From Hormiphora californensis (lineage: Eukaryota > Animalia > Ctenophora): a stretch of 64,000 bases of DNA. Position numbers and translations under genes: made by a program. The first letter of the stretch is position 1, and every line of letters begins with the position of its first letter. A model generated the notes under the pieces. It was not told the origin of the DNA. It did no database searches and was given only the letters and a program-made list of their open reading frames with translations. Location of the stretch: the NCBI GenBank assembly GCA_020137815.1, contig CM035357.1, positions 3,472,001-3,536,000 of the forward strand, in the 5' to 3' direction. Shown in pieces: positions 37,934 through 64,000 of the stretch.

Positions 37934-40900
37934 TTAGATGACTCCCTTCTGTTTTCCAACCTCAATGAAGGCATCCACGCATCTGTCAATCTGTTCAATT
38001 GTATGGGCTCCCGACATCTGAACTCTAATCCGCGCTAAACCTGGGAAGAATGTGTGGTAAAATAGTTTGGGTATCAAATATATTGGAAAATGGGTTTTGG
38101 ATGACCAGTCATCGTTCTGTGACTTTCTGACTTTTTTCAGGGGGCCCCTTTAGCAGCTGAAGTTCTCAACATCATCTAGAATTTACCTTTGGGTACAACA
38201 GGGAAACTAAACCCAATTTTAACCTACCTTTGGGTACAACAGGGAAACTAAACCCAATCACATATATTCCTTTCTGGAGGAGTTCGTCAGCGATTGAAGA
38301 AGCAAGGGCAGCGTCATAGAGCATGACGGGTACAATGGGATGCTCCGTCCCAGATAGAGTAAAACCAGCCTCCGTCATTCGAGATCTGGGGGGGGGGGGG
38401 GGGGGGGGGGGTGTTTGAGGGGTAGGGGGTATGTGTTATGTGTAGTCAGGGGGGGGTAGATATGTATAGTTGGATGAGGCATGGTTGCCACTTGCCACGG
38501 GGGTGAACTTCACACCCGCCGTGAACCCCTTTCAGCGACCCTACGGGAGCCAATCACTTTGTGATACTAGCACCGTTCACGCGTATAGGAAGCACGTGAA
38601 GAGAGAAATGAAATAATAAATCTGTCCAGTAGCCAGTAGATAGATTATAAGCAAGCATTTAGCAAGCAAAAAGAGTGTACAACAGGTTTTGTTTCACTGT
38701 GCTTGTGTGCAGTTCATCGTTCCCTCTGTGTTATAGCTCCAGGCTCGGAGTGTTTTGTTTCTGGGGCCCAGTTTCTGCTTTGATCTGGTACCCATCAGTA
38801 CTTATACTGCTCGGACTAGCCAGTAGCCACTAGCCGTACAAGACAGTCCGATAAAGTCAGGGGTAGTTGAAGCAAGCTAGCAGTAGCTCTCTTTACAGAG
38901 TGCGTGCAAACTCTGCGTAAGTACTTTCTCCACGCCGAATACTACACATACTTTTATCTTGTGCCATTGATTGAGTTTCTGAGCACAATTCACCTATATT
39001 TATAGGACAGTATCCTGGATATATGAGAGGTGGATATCTACTAATTATCGCCCTGATAGTATTGTTATTACTGGTAGATGACAGTGCCGCAGCATCCCGC
39101 ACCAGATCAACATCTACTTCTAGGAGAAGAGTAGTTTCTAAATCAACATTTGGGAGAATATCGAATTCCAACACCAATGATTCCGACCCACCATTGGTTA
39201 GTTGGTTATTAGCATTTTCTGGTATGGCCGGGGCCGGGGTAGTGTGTATCTGGTCTTACATATATTGTTGTCAAAAAAGGTGTCGAGATTTTTGTTGCAA
39301 ATCAAAGGAGGGTCCTCCCCCTTCTGTGGTCGGGAACTCACCCGATGGGGTGGGTGAGATGAATTTGGAGGATTTAGAGGACCAGTCACCGCCCACATAC
39401 GGATCATTATTCCAGGATGGACACCATGATAGTGAGCTACCCGGATATGAAGATGAGGTACCCGGATATGAAGATGAGGTACCCAGATATGGTCATTTTT
39501 TTTTTAACTTGTGCAACTACCAAATTTTTTCAAATGATCATAGCAAAATAGCTGTGGCCACTGGAAATTTACTCAGCACCTCAAAAAAATCGAGAAATAT
39601 TAAAAGTTCAATTTAGTGAAAGAACGAAGTCTCTAGCATACTCCAGTGAGGTGCTATAGCATTTCTACGCCGTGAGGTGCTATCGTGAGGTGCCCCCGAT
39701 TTGTAGAAATACCGTTTGATCAAAAATCTCCAAACTTTCAGAAATGGTGGGGATATTTCTCACTCATCAGATGAGGTGAAAACCATGGAAAAATTTACTC
39801 ATTTGGTGAGGTGCAAGCCGATTTTAGAGCTAAAAGTTTACTCACTAGGGGTCAAATGAGCAAATAAAGAATTGAAACTTGGCATAAAGCAAGATTAGAC
39901 AATTTCCCTCCTGATTTACCGAAAATTTGCTCTAAAAATTACTCAGCGAGTGAGGTGCAGACCCTCAAAAAATGACATATTTTACCTACTTCTCCAGTGC
40001 ACCTCACAGGTTGAGCAATGACCTTGGAATCGATTAGGTAGTGTTTGGGGATGTCATATGAGCAAATTAAGGCCACTTTTAGAACTATATACTCACTGAG
40101 TGAGGTGCAATTAGCGTTTGAAGAAAATACAGTTTTTTGGGTGCACCTCACTCATTGAGCAAAATTTTTTGAACTTTTTTGGTACAAATGATGGTTTTGA
40201 GTCTACTGCAAGTATCTAGCTAGGAAAAGTCGTGAAACGTGAGGTGCTACGGGCTTAAAAGTAGCTGTAAGTATACAGTGTAACTTTAAACACCGGTTGC
40301 ACCTCATAGATTGAGTAAGTTTGCTTACATATTTTAAAGGTGTTTATATTGGACATTTTTCAGCATATTTTCGAAAATTTTAGGAAAAAATATTAAAATT
40401 TGACGGAATGGCACACGCTTTTGCAAACATGGTCACCGGCACCTCACGAGATGAGTTTTTAGTTTATTTTGCCTGTAAATCTATTCCCTATACACTTTTA
40501 CACATAATATTCGTTGGAAAATAATATTTTTTGACAAAAACTATTATAAAAGTCGAAAAAACTGAACTTATGTCATTTTCGGAAAAAATTTTGCACAAGT
40601 TAAAAAAAAAAAAGACCATATGAAGATTGTGAGGGATTTGATGGGAACAATGGCGGGGGTGATTTTGGAGGGGGTGGTGATGGAGGGGGTGGTGATGGAG
40701 GAGGGGGTGACTAATGTGGGGCTAAGGTGAGACATTTTAAAAGGGTCAAGTTCAATATGTATTAAGTTATATTATTACGAACCAATTTAATAGTGATTGT
40801 GAAATTTTAATTTAATTAGTGTGTCTCTCCCGCATACCTGAAGTGCATGGTATTCCTAGCCACCAGCTCAGGTAACTCACTGCTCTCAGTCAGCAGTTCA

Positions 40901-42783
40901 AATACCCTCAGTGCGGCTCCTACTACAGCAGGGGGCATAGTGTTACTGAACAGGTAGGGGCGAGACCGCTGTCGTAGTAACTCTATAACCTGGAGGAGGG
41001 GGGGTGTTAGTCTGTTGTAACATGTGATCTGTGTGTCTTGTTGGAAGTTGATTTCCAAAAAGGATTGAGAAACAAATGGTGCGGTCAGCAACTAACCTCT
41101 TTAGGTCCAGTGGTATACCCACCACACGCTCCCCCAAGTGCCTTCCCCAGGGTACTATTAATAATATCAACCCTCCCCTGCACACCAGTCAACTCATCAG
41201 TCCCCCTGCCAGTGTTACCCAGGAACCCCGTAGCATGGCACTCATCAACAAACACCAACGCGTTATACTTATCAGCCAGATCACATATCTCAGGTAGGGG
41301 GGCAATAGTGCCGTCCATGGAGAACACCCCGTCTGTAACTATCATCTTGGTCCGTGCGGTAGAAGCAGCAAGTTGGGATTCAAGATCCGCCATGTCACGG
41401 TTTAGATATCGGTGTTTCTGGGCCTTGCACAGTCGGATTCCATCGATTATTGACGCGTGGTTCAGTTGGTCGGAGAAAATGGCGTCTTCGGGGGTCATGA
41501 TAGTCTCAAAAATACCTGGACAGGGAGGGAAACATGCATCATGAGTGATCTACAAAATATGTACCCATTCTTCAGGACCCCCCCTATTAGAGGGCCCTTT
41601 TTTACCCTTATTCTTACCTCAAACGCCCTCAAATATATCGATCACATCTCTTACCTGCATTGGCATCAAAACAGCTGATATAAAGTATCGTATCTTCAGT
41701 CCCGTGGAAGTTGCTGATAGCGTCCTCTAACTGTTTGTGTATCGTCTGAGAGAAACGGAGGAGGGAAATTAATAAGATGAGGGGATTTGGAGTAGCAAAA
41801 GTAGAAAAAATGAATATAACTAATTATAATATTGATTGAGGCAAGCAGTATCACACTTTGCAACGTGTCACCTAATATGTTGTACCTGAGTTCCACAGAT
41901 GAACCGAACAGAGCTGAGCCCATTTCCAAATTCCTCCAAGGCATCATGGCCTGCCTTTATAACCTCTGGATGAGAGGACAGACCCAGATAGTTGTTGGAA
42001 CAAAAGTTTAATACCTAGGAAATAAGTTGTTTCAATTTGTTGCTGCTCTCGGGTTATAATTGGACCTATCGATCTCTATCGACACAATTTATACCTGGGA
42101 TAATCAATGGGAAACATTAAAACTGCAAACAGATTTGTAGCTTGTGTGAAACAGCCGGAGTTAGAGGGTTACATGTGTCATGTAACCAAGCAAACCAAAA
42201 GGGATATAGAACCATAGTCTAGAAACATAGAATTGTTCTGCCTTGTTCGACCCTCCAAAACAAGAATTGTTCATACTTTGAACGGAGCGTAGACACAGCG
42301 ACTCAAAGCAATGATATCAACACGACAGAGTTTCAAATCCCTATTACCTGGTCAGTTTGAGATGTAACTCCAATCATGGGGGCCATTGGGGTAGTAATGA
42401 CACGTTCATTCTTGTACGTTCCTGGGGTGAAATGAGTTTAATTGGGTCGTATTAGACTTTTAATTGGTCCTGTATTGCTAATTTCATATTCACACATCAC
42501 AATATTTACTGCGGTACATATCGCACACGCGCGCCATGCTACATCGACAATATGTACTTTTTACACAAGACTGGTACGTATTAGCCGCGCGCTACGTTTA
42601 ATGATCTGGTCTCATCAAAACACCAACTCTGTACTGGGAGAAAATAGGACAACATCTGCAGATCTGGATAAATTATTATTGAAATTTTAACATACCAGCA
42701 GCCCGAATTCCAGATATCTCTTCTCCAATTATCGCCCGAATGCTCTCTCGTGCAGCACCAAATAATCGCGGTGAAAACTTCAT
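37934..42783 (-). CDS. GCAT: 2-amino-3-ketobutyrate CoA ligase (glycine C-acetyltransferase), 8 exons
   Basis: [71 protein letters not shown] and ARIRVQMS. Confidence 0.96.
39023..40714 (+). CDS. Nested antisense intronless single-pass membrane protein gene in GCAT intron 6, interrupted by a transposon
   Basis: Signal peptide, TM segment, [15 protein letters not shown] and PGYED repeats; removing the insert and one ATAT restores [33 protein letters not shown]. Confidence 0.7.
39491..40617. mobile_element. 1.1-kb non-autonomous TIR element, 4-bp TSD ATAT
   Basis: TIR ggtc-(t)n-aacttgtgcaa / ttgcacaagtt-(a)n-gacc; many gaggtg (left) and cacctc (right) subterminal motifs. Confidence 0.88.
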
Positions 42784-43258
42784 ACTAGAACAGTTGTGAA
42801 CTGGTTAGTTTTTTAATACCATAACTCTGTATTTTGTTGATAAAATAGACATATTAAAGTACAGACTTGTTAAAAAACATGGCTTAGTATATTGAATCAT
42901 GCAAGAAAGCTGTATAGTACATACATAGGGGGGATGTTATAAAAACAGACACACATACAAACACATTTCCACACTCAATCATCACTCATTAACAGTATCA
43001 TCACAAAACATAGCAAAAGAAAATAAACACACTCTTGAAAACATAAAACTATCAAAAACAGTATAATTCGTGTCTCTAGAAATATATCTCTGTCAATTCG
43101 TGAGCCCTCTCCAAAGATCCCCCAGAATCCACCATCTCAGGATTATTTAACCATTACCCATCAGTACGTTCCGGGGATTGCAGAGACAGTACGTACAGTT
43201 CAACTCATCATAAGATTTTACTAGATAGCTCTTTTCTTGACAATAAATACCCTTCCCA

Positions 43259-56696
<13,438 letters not shown>

Positions 56697-57254
56697 TAGA
56701 CCAATATTAGTTGCAGTTAGACCATATTGTTACACACACACACACCCTGTCCTCTACCATGTAACCTATTCATCAGCCCGGCTACAAATATAATAGAAGA
56801 GTGTTATTGAGAGTGCTCTGCAAATAATCTAGAATTGGAGGCAAGCATAATACTGAAATGTATTGGGAATCATAAAAACGCGTAAAGTCAAGCCAAGTCA
56901 GGTGTGTAAAATAATAACATTGGTTTCTCGCTCCCCCTCACCTCATTCTACCTATCTTCTCTTCACTTCTCTCCCTCTCTCACATTCTCTCTCCCTCTCT
57001 CTCTCTCGCACTCGCATTCTCTCCTCCTCTCCAGAAATTGTACCCCCTGTGTATCAGATTTCCCCACTCTATCTATAAGCTTGTGTTACCGATTCTAAAA
57101 AAGGAGGAGACAGGAAAAGAGAACCAAACACTTCTGTCTGACTCCATAAAAACTATGAAACTCAGTCTCTGGCCAGCACACACTCTCTCTCTGCAACAAA
57201 TATCATGGAACCCAGCTCCACAGCTCGACCCTGCCAGGAGTACCCTCCACAGCC

Positions 57255-60200
57255 TCATGAGTACCCTTTGTGAGGGTCGTATATAACATCATTCCTTGTG
57301 TGTTTCCTGGGTGGAGGGGGTGGCAGATCTCCGCCAAGACCGGGTATCCCCGAACTGGGCCGTTTCCGGGAGGGAGGTGGAGGTGGGGCGTCATCCTCAA
57401 CGTCAATGTCAGAGTTTTCATCCGAGTTGGTCACGTCCACCTGGTGGTGGAAGAGGGTGAGAGGGGTGAGAGAGGGGGGAAGGTGTTAGCTTCTGGTAGG
57501 TTATGCTAGCTGACGCTATACTTGTGCACCTATTATATGAAGAAGAGGGTGAGAAGGGGTGAGGGGGCACCCCGTGCCTGAACAAAGTTTAACCTCGGAT
57601 GAAAAAACATTGGAGGAAGAGGGTGAGAGGAGGGGGGAGGGGTTGGTGGAGGGTGTTAGCTACTGGCAGGGTGGAGGAAAGATAACTATTTCTCTAAGTT
57701 CTCTCACCTCATCTATCTACCGGCTACCATTACTACATTTTCTCTAAGTTCAAAATTCTCTCACCTCATCTTCATAAAGATCGGCCTTCTCCTCGCTGAG
57801 TCGTGTCATGATCCCCATAACTTCTTCTATGTCATCTGCACTGGTCGGACTCTGGACGGGAGAGGGTGAGATAATTTTAAAGAGAATTTTAGAGAGAATG
57901 CTAGAGAGAACTTAAAATACGACAAATGTGAGCAGTAGACCGCAAAGTTATTCGTTACAATACCTCAATAAGATGTCCCCACCAGGGCAGAGCGACTTGT
58001 TCAAACAGCTCATCCTTTAGGGCATCCTTGGTGAGAGCGATGGGGAATTTCAGCCTCTTACTGCCAAGACAAAGTAGTGCTCCGGCAATAACATCGGGTG
58101 GGTAGTGGAGGGAGAGGGGAGTACAGAAGGATTCGTTACAATACGTCCATGCCATCTGGAAAATGGTTAGTTGTTATGTTCTAACCCTCCGGGCGGGGCA
58201 CGGGAAACAGGGTCGAGCAAGGCAAAAGGTTAGGTGATTTTTTGGTGGTTTGAAAGAAATTGTTCAATTATAGTTTATTTGCCGTGATTAATGTCTACAG
58301 CCCAACTGTTTATCCTGAAAACACTCAGTAATAAACATATGAGCGTCACTCGATTCAAAAAAGCAAGAATTGTAACACGTTGTTTCATGGTTTATTTCTA
58401 CCTGTACAAGATCGTTTTTCCTTTGTTTCTCTCCCTTGAACTGTTTCACATATTTCACCAGATACATGTACGGGTGGACAATGTTGAAATCAAACTTGAT
58501 GGTCTGAAAACATTGAGGATAATTAGAAGTTGCAAAAAGTAGTCATCATAGCGCTGGAAAGCGCCCGAGGTTCAATTGCTATTCCTACCTAACATAGTCT
58601 AGGTTGCATCGGAAACTTCTCGACATGAAGGTTCTGGAACAGTTTAGACAGAATTCAAGTGTCGAATATCTGGCGTGTCTAGTCTCCACCAGACAACTGT
58701 CTAGACTCAATGTCTACTGTCTAGACTCAATGTCTACTATACCTGAAGGAGCATCTTCTCGTAAAGCAGCATCTCGTCAACGGGAGACAGTCCAAATCCC
58801 TTGAACTGATCAGAACTAAGGAGGTTCTTTGCCGTTCTGACGATATCTTTACTGAGTTTTGGCGTCTCCTCTACCTTGCCCGCGAGAAAGAAACATGCCG
58901 CTGCCATTACCCACCTGGAAATATTGGGGTTAGGGGGATCTTCTATCACAACAGAGATAAGAGTAGTGGAGAAAGAAAGAAACATTTGAAGGAGTGCTAA
59001 CTCATCGCAAATAATAATTCCAAATACCTGTTAAATTTGTCGAACGAATGGTACATGTAAAAGCGATGAAAAAACACGCATCCCGTTGCCATTGTATAGT
59101 GGGTCAGTTCCAGTGCTTTAACTGTCGCCTGGATGAACTTCGCACCTGGGAGATAATATTGGCGTTAGGGCAGGTCGGTAGAACTTCGACAGAATTTAGG
59201 GCAGGTCAATTTAGGGCAGGTCTGAATTTAGGGCAGGTCAATTTAGGGCAGGTCTGAATTTAGGGCAGGTCTGAATTTAGGGCAGGTCTGAATTTAGGGC
59301 AGGTCTGAATACTAAGCATGTGAATGTGATTCGGGGAAGCTTATTAGCGGTGTGAGACGATACGAGATATAATGGAACATGATTCGGGGAAGCCAATCAG
59401 GAGTGTTCGACGATATGAGACACGATTCGGTGAAGATTTCTATCACTTTCCATCCCTAGACCCTATCCCCCTCTCTTTTCGCTCCGTCTCTCTTTCAATT
59501 TCTCTTACTTTCTCTGAGGGAGAAAGAGAGATACCCTTAACTTTTTGACTGCTGGAAAAGCACGTAGAAATTGTAGATGTAGGCGGCTCTTTTTACCGAG
59601 AGAGAAAAGACAATGTTTAGCCATGCGAAATGCATGGATGATATCTTCTTGACCTCCTGACCACAAGTCCTCCACAACCGCCACCTACTTCCGATCCGGT
59701 TTCCCTAGCTAGATCATCGACCTGAACGAAACGACCGAGAGTTGCCTACATCTACCTGATGGGAAAGCGGAGGAGCTCAACAGTCTTTCTATCTCGACTC
59801 TCGGGTATCTCTCTTTCTCCATGTCTCTCTTCCTCCCTTCATAGAAAGTGAAAGAGAAAGTGAGAGAAAGGAAGAGAGAGCCCCTACCAATCATAGCTTG
59901 GTCGACATGCGCTAGACCAGGATCGAACCCGGAACCTAGTGCGTGAGAGGCGAGTGTACTAGCCACTACACCACCGGTATAACCAATAGCTTATATGTAT
60001 ATAGGGATGGAAACCCCATATCCATCGTCTAACACTCCTGATTGGCTTCCCTGAATCATGTTCCAGAGAGGGGGATAGGGTCTAGGGATGGAAAGCAATA
60101 GAAACCTTTACCGAATCGTGTCTCATATCGTCTAACACTCCTGATTGGCTTCCCCGAATCATGTTCCATATCTCGTATCGTCTCACACCGCTAATAAGCT

Positions 60201-60610
60201 TCCCCGAATCACATTCACATGCTTAGTATTCAGACCTGCCCTAAATTGACCTGCCTTAAATTCAGACCTGCCCTAAATTCAGACCTGCCCTAAATTCAGA
60301 CCTGCCCTAAATTCAGACCTACCCTAAATTCAGACCTGCCCTAAATTCAGACCTGCCCTAAATTGACCTGCCCTAAATTCTGTCGAAGTTCTACCGACCT
60401 GCCGGCGTTAGATTTGTTTTTTTGGTGATAATTGGTGATAATGGAACGTCAAACGAAATAATAGCTCATGTGCTGAAGGGGTAATCACAACTTGAACCAG
60501 AACTCACCCTCTTTTCTGTATCGCAGCTCGGTAAGATAGTCAATACCATCCGCCTGACTAGGAGTTTGCCGGAGCTGCTTTTTATCAAAAACCCATTTCC
60601 CCTGTGTCAT
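57255..60610 (-). CDS. CCNK: Cyclin K, 7 exons
   Basis: ELRYRKEG|ARFI, TMATGCVFFHRFYMYHSF, FLAGKVEETPK, TIKFDFNIVHPYMYL, MAWTYCNES and a Pro-rich tail. Confidence 0.9.
59169..60403. mobile_element. TIR element (Merlin-like: GG termini, 8-bp TSD) in CCNK intron 1
   Basis: TSD ggcgttag at 59161-59168 and 60404-60411; ~300-bp arms with 17/19-bp aatttagggcaggtc repeats. Confidence 0.88.
59912..59977 (-). ncRNA. tRNA-derived (Glu-CTC-like) Pol III cassette inside the TIR element; probably not a functional tRNA
   Basis: ccggtggtgtagtggctagtacactcgcctctcacgcactaggttccgggttcgatcctggtc: A box and GTTCGATCC B box present, anticodon stem imperfect. Confidence 0.6.
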
Positions 60611-60823
60611 CGTGCAGCTCTGTGTGTGTTCGTGGAGAGAGAAATTATGTGCATGTAATATATTATGCAGGAAATAATTAGTCGAATTATCGGATTATGT
60701 GCAAGTAAATGTTGCACTATTTATAGAAACACCGTAGATTTATTAATTCAAATTAAAAATTTCGGAATATGTATAAACATTGGGACACATTGGATAATAT
60801 TATTATTACACTACTTTTATTAT

Positions 60824-61442
60824 TTAGATGATTCTGTAGAAAAATCTACAAAAATTACACTGCATCGTCATCAGAGAGTTCAGTTCATCGTCATCTTCAA
60901 TAAGAAACATTGGAAGACATCCACAGTTATTGGAGTGGAGATCTGTAGCAAGAGGTTAGAGTTCCTGATATCTGATCGGCACTGAATCGAGAGGTATTAT
61001 CCACCACCATCTCACATCCCCCACATGAAATGCGATCTGGTTGGACGATCAGGTTGTGTTTCTGGCAAATGGGACAAATTACAGAAGTTGTTACGTGATC
61101 CATGGCAGCCTGTTCAAAGTATCTCGTGCCAGAGTCTATTTCTCCCAACTCAAACAAGATTTCCTGCTGTATTTCACCGAGAATTTGTTCGATTTCTTCG
61201 TCTGTTTCAAATTCGTCCTCTCGAAAACCGAGACGTCTTCGGAGGGCCAAAAACTCTGCATGAAGCAACTCCTTAACAGAATCCTCATCAATGGCTATGT
61301 CACGGAAGCGGTTAATAATGGATTGGCGTCTCATTCGTATTTCTGTGCGACATTTGTCTTTTAGTGCGGTTCGCCAATTCGGACTTCGGGCTTTGTACAT
61401 TGCAGATCGGCCATTCTGGCGGTTCGGGGAGCAGTCCATCAT
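60824..61442 (-). CDS. RPAIN: RPA-interacting protein, with an apparent frameshift near 60950
   Basis: YKARSPNWRTALKDKC...RFR and ICPICQKHNL...CGGC; the conserved H-x3-C...P-x-F...C-x2-C end is in the adjacent frame. Confidence 0.82.
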
Positions 61443-61730
61443 ACTGAAGGGCAAATTGTTACGAAAAAAAGTTGGCAAATGATTGTTTAAAGGGGCACAA
61501 CTACACACAAACAATTGGCAAACGCTACTGGCCCCCGCAGCGCGGGATATTTTTTATTATTATTAAATCTATATAATTTACACAATTTAATTGTATAAAT
61601 AAGCCCCTTTTTTGTGGGCAAATACGGGTTACCGATAGATATTAAAATTCATTGAAGATACCCATTATGAAAAGTCTATCACCCCCCTCCGTACCCGGAA
61701 TTGCCTCCAGATTCGAGTCCCTCAACTCCT

Positions 61731-62350
61731 TCAACGTTTGGTGGAGTCTCCTCCTCTCACTTCTCTCTGCGAAGGACATATCCCTTGCAAGATAACACAG
61801 CAGTACGATTCTAACTGTTTTAGCTGCTTTGCCTTCTGGAGAAGGCTTAGCAGCATTTCCCTACTCTGTAGCTTCACAATCACTGGTCTCTCCCTTCCTC
61901 CCCGTTTCAAACCCACCCTTCTAGCTTCTATGGTCGTTCTCGCCTAGCTCAGCAAAAACATTTTCCACTTCACCCTTTAACACAGATTCATTTTCATCCT
62001 CACATTCCGGTAGACCAACACCATCTATTTTCGATCTGTCTGGGCCGGTATCAACTGGCTGTGCGACCTTTTCCACGGCTTTCTGGATCTTTTTCGATGC
62101 AAACGCAGTCTTACAATTCTGTGTGACGACTGCAGAGAAAGTACGCAAATCTTTCTGTACCGTCTCGGTAACCGATTCAGTTGCTCGCCCTGAAGCTCAA
62201 TAACCTGCTCTTGTAACTTGACAGTTCTTCTCAAAAGATCATCACACTCCACTTTCAACTTCTCCTCCTGCTCCTGCAACCGAGAGATTTTCTCAACAGT
62301 TCATCTCGCTCCTCTTTGAGTTCATCTTGCTCCTCTTTGAGTATCATCTC
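61731..62350 (-). pseudogene. Fragmented LINE ORF1 (coiled coil plus RRM-like)
   Basis: GVGLPECEDE...RPVIVKLQSREMLLSLLQKAKQLK spread over three frames. Confidence 0.6.
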
Positions 62351-62979
62351 AGGATTTCTCGGCAAAGATATGACGCTCAAAGTGTTTTAGAACAATAAAC
62401 GTTGCAAAGCTCATTTCTTCCAATCAGTTGCTTTAGCTCATATTTCGTGTGTACAGAGTTGATTTTAACTGATGAGGTATTTCAGCATCGTTGAAATCTG
62501 GACTGCTCCTCACTTTTTTAAGACATGCCAGCGACAGAGCTCTCTCCACTTTTGGCCAGCGTCAGAATCCTCTTACAGCAAAGTCCATTCTCGTTGTTCG
62601 TCTCCATTATCTTACGTTCTGCCCTTTGGGGCCGTTACATCGCCATGTTGCTGAAACTCAAATTAATTTGTTTAAAGTAGTGTTGAAAAGTTTGAAGCGC
62701 GGGATAAGGCAGTGCTTTTCAACACAAACAACCAAAACTTGCCGTTTTGTGAAAATTCACGGGCGCGATTATAATCTGGGTGCCTTGCAGCCTGTTTACA
62801 GGTGCGCGCTACCAAAAGAGTACACTTAGTACGACTTTTTTCAAACGGCTATAGCCACGCAACCACATGGCCAATTTGAGTAAACTAAACGTTGTCTGTT
62901 AGAGAATCGATAGCCCTAAACGATAACCCCAACGGATAGCCCTAACCCGTCGCGCGTGCTAAAACTACGAATTGTTAGC

Positions 62980-63190
62980 CAGGGACGTCGCTGGGCCTTC
63001 GGCCCAGCGCGTACCTGTGCGTCCAGGGGCCTTGGGCGGTAGCCCGGGTCAGGGGGAGTGGGGGGTGACCCCCCCACAGCAGGGTCCAGGCGCAGCCCCG
63101 GCGGGGGTGTAGGGGGCAAGCCCCCGTAAGCAGGGTCCAGGGGCTGCAAGCCCCGGTGGGGGTCGAGGGGGCGAAGCCCCCGGAAAATTT
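62980..63190. repeat. GC-rich gggg-N-cccc hairpin repeats typical of DNA-transposon interiors
   Basis: ggggcgaagcccc, gggggcaagccccc and agcagggtccagg repeats; similar motif at 52430-52500. Confidence 0.5.
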
Positions 63191-64000
63191 TGACTTTTTT
63201 CGCGATGATTTTAACAATCAAGAGCGGTAGAAAAGTGGAAACAAGAAAGCACAACAGAAAGACGAAACGTGAAACAAAGCGTTTTTTGCAAACCGAATGA
63301 ACATGAACAACGCGCAAACTTTAAAGAATATTGCGCGGTTGTTGTTTAGCGCGTGAACTGCGCGTCACAATCTCGCGCGAAGACCCCTGTTTCAAGTAAA
63401 AAGGAGGACCGCGCCTGAACGGATTTGCAGTGAACAGCGGGCCGATGTGACAACATTTCACTTCTCGTTCTTTACTTGCTGTGATGTTGTCTGTCTTGCA
63501 TTGTGTGACCCTATCTCCCCACGCCATCTCGGTCACGCTAGGATTGTTTCTAATGACAATGAGTCATAAACCAGCAATTATAACACATTGTGCTGCCTGT
63601 TCACGAGATTTATTTAAATTAGTTAACAACTTTTAACAACCCGTTAACCAACTAATCTGCTTCAGTAGCTGCGACTTGATATGTTCTCCATTCTCCGTTC
63701 TCTTGTCCAGAATAATTGCCCACTAGCTGTTCCCGACCTCATGCTTCATCACAGATGGCAAGATTGGGGAACCTTTGATCCGAAATCCGCCGCTGCTATT
63801 CCTTGATCCTCTACAGTAGCTCTCACAACAGACAAATTATTTCAAGGTACAGTTGAAGCTAAATAACTAACATACCATCAACTGCGGTAGTTCATGATTA
63901 TACATTTACATCCAATAACTTTCCCCCAAAGTTTTACTAAATCCTATTTCAATTCAGGTAAACATTGCGACGCCTGTTATACTGGAATGTTTCACCGTGT

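Noticed and set aside
63650-63815. Possible terminal exon of a gene entering from the right
   Set aside because: Only a short open frame after a TAG acceptor; insufficient evidence.

Overview
This is a compact, intron-rich animal genome segment; a ctenophore-like lineage is my inference, not established. On the + strand lies an SLC2A13/HMIT-like sugar transporter. A co-oriented minus-strand run follows: RPAIN, cyclin K, a Fer/Fes kinase, GCAT, a secreted C-type lectin/pacifastin-VWC/Ig mosaic gene and TMEM234. An antisense single-pass membrane gene is nested in a GCAT intron. Bases ~1-8865 reappear at ~19225-27069 as an indel-rich second copy, most likely an uncollapsed haplotype joined across a satellite and an N gap. 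Introns hold many nested mobile elements: MITEs, an L2/CR1-type LINE with inner insertions, a 4-kb branched foldback element and TIR elements carrying tRNA-like cassettes. The strongest unexplained pattern is that about a dozen exon-intron junctions in five unrelated genes are themselves tandemly duplicated (2 to ~25 copies of splice site plus adjacent exon bases). One such array is ~25 copies in one haplotype and 1 copy in the other. Most genes also have an AG acceptor 1-9 nt before the ATG, suggesting spliced-leader trans-splicing and operon-like organisation.
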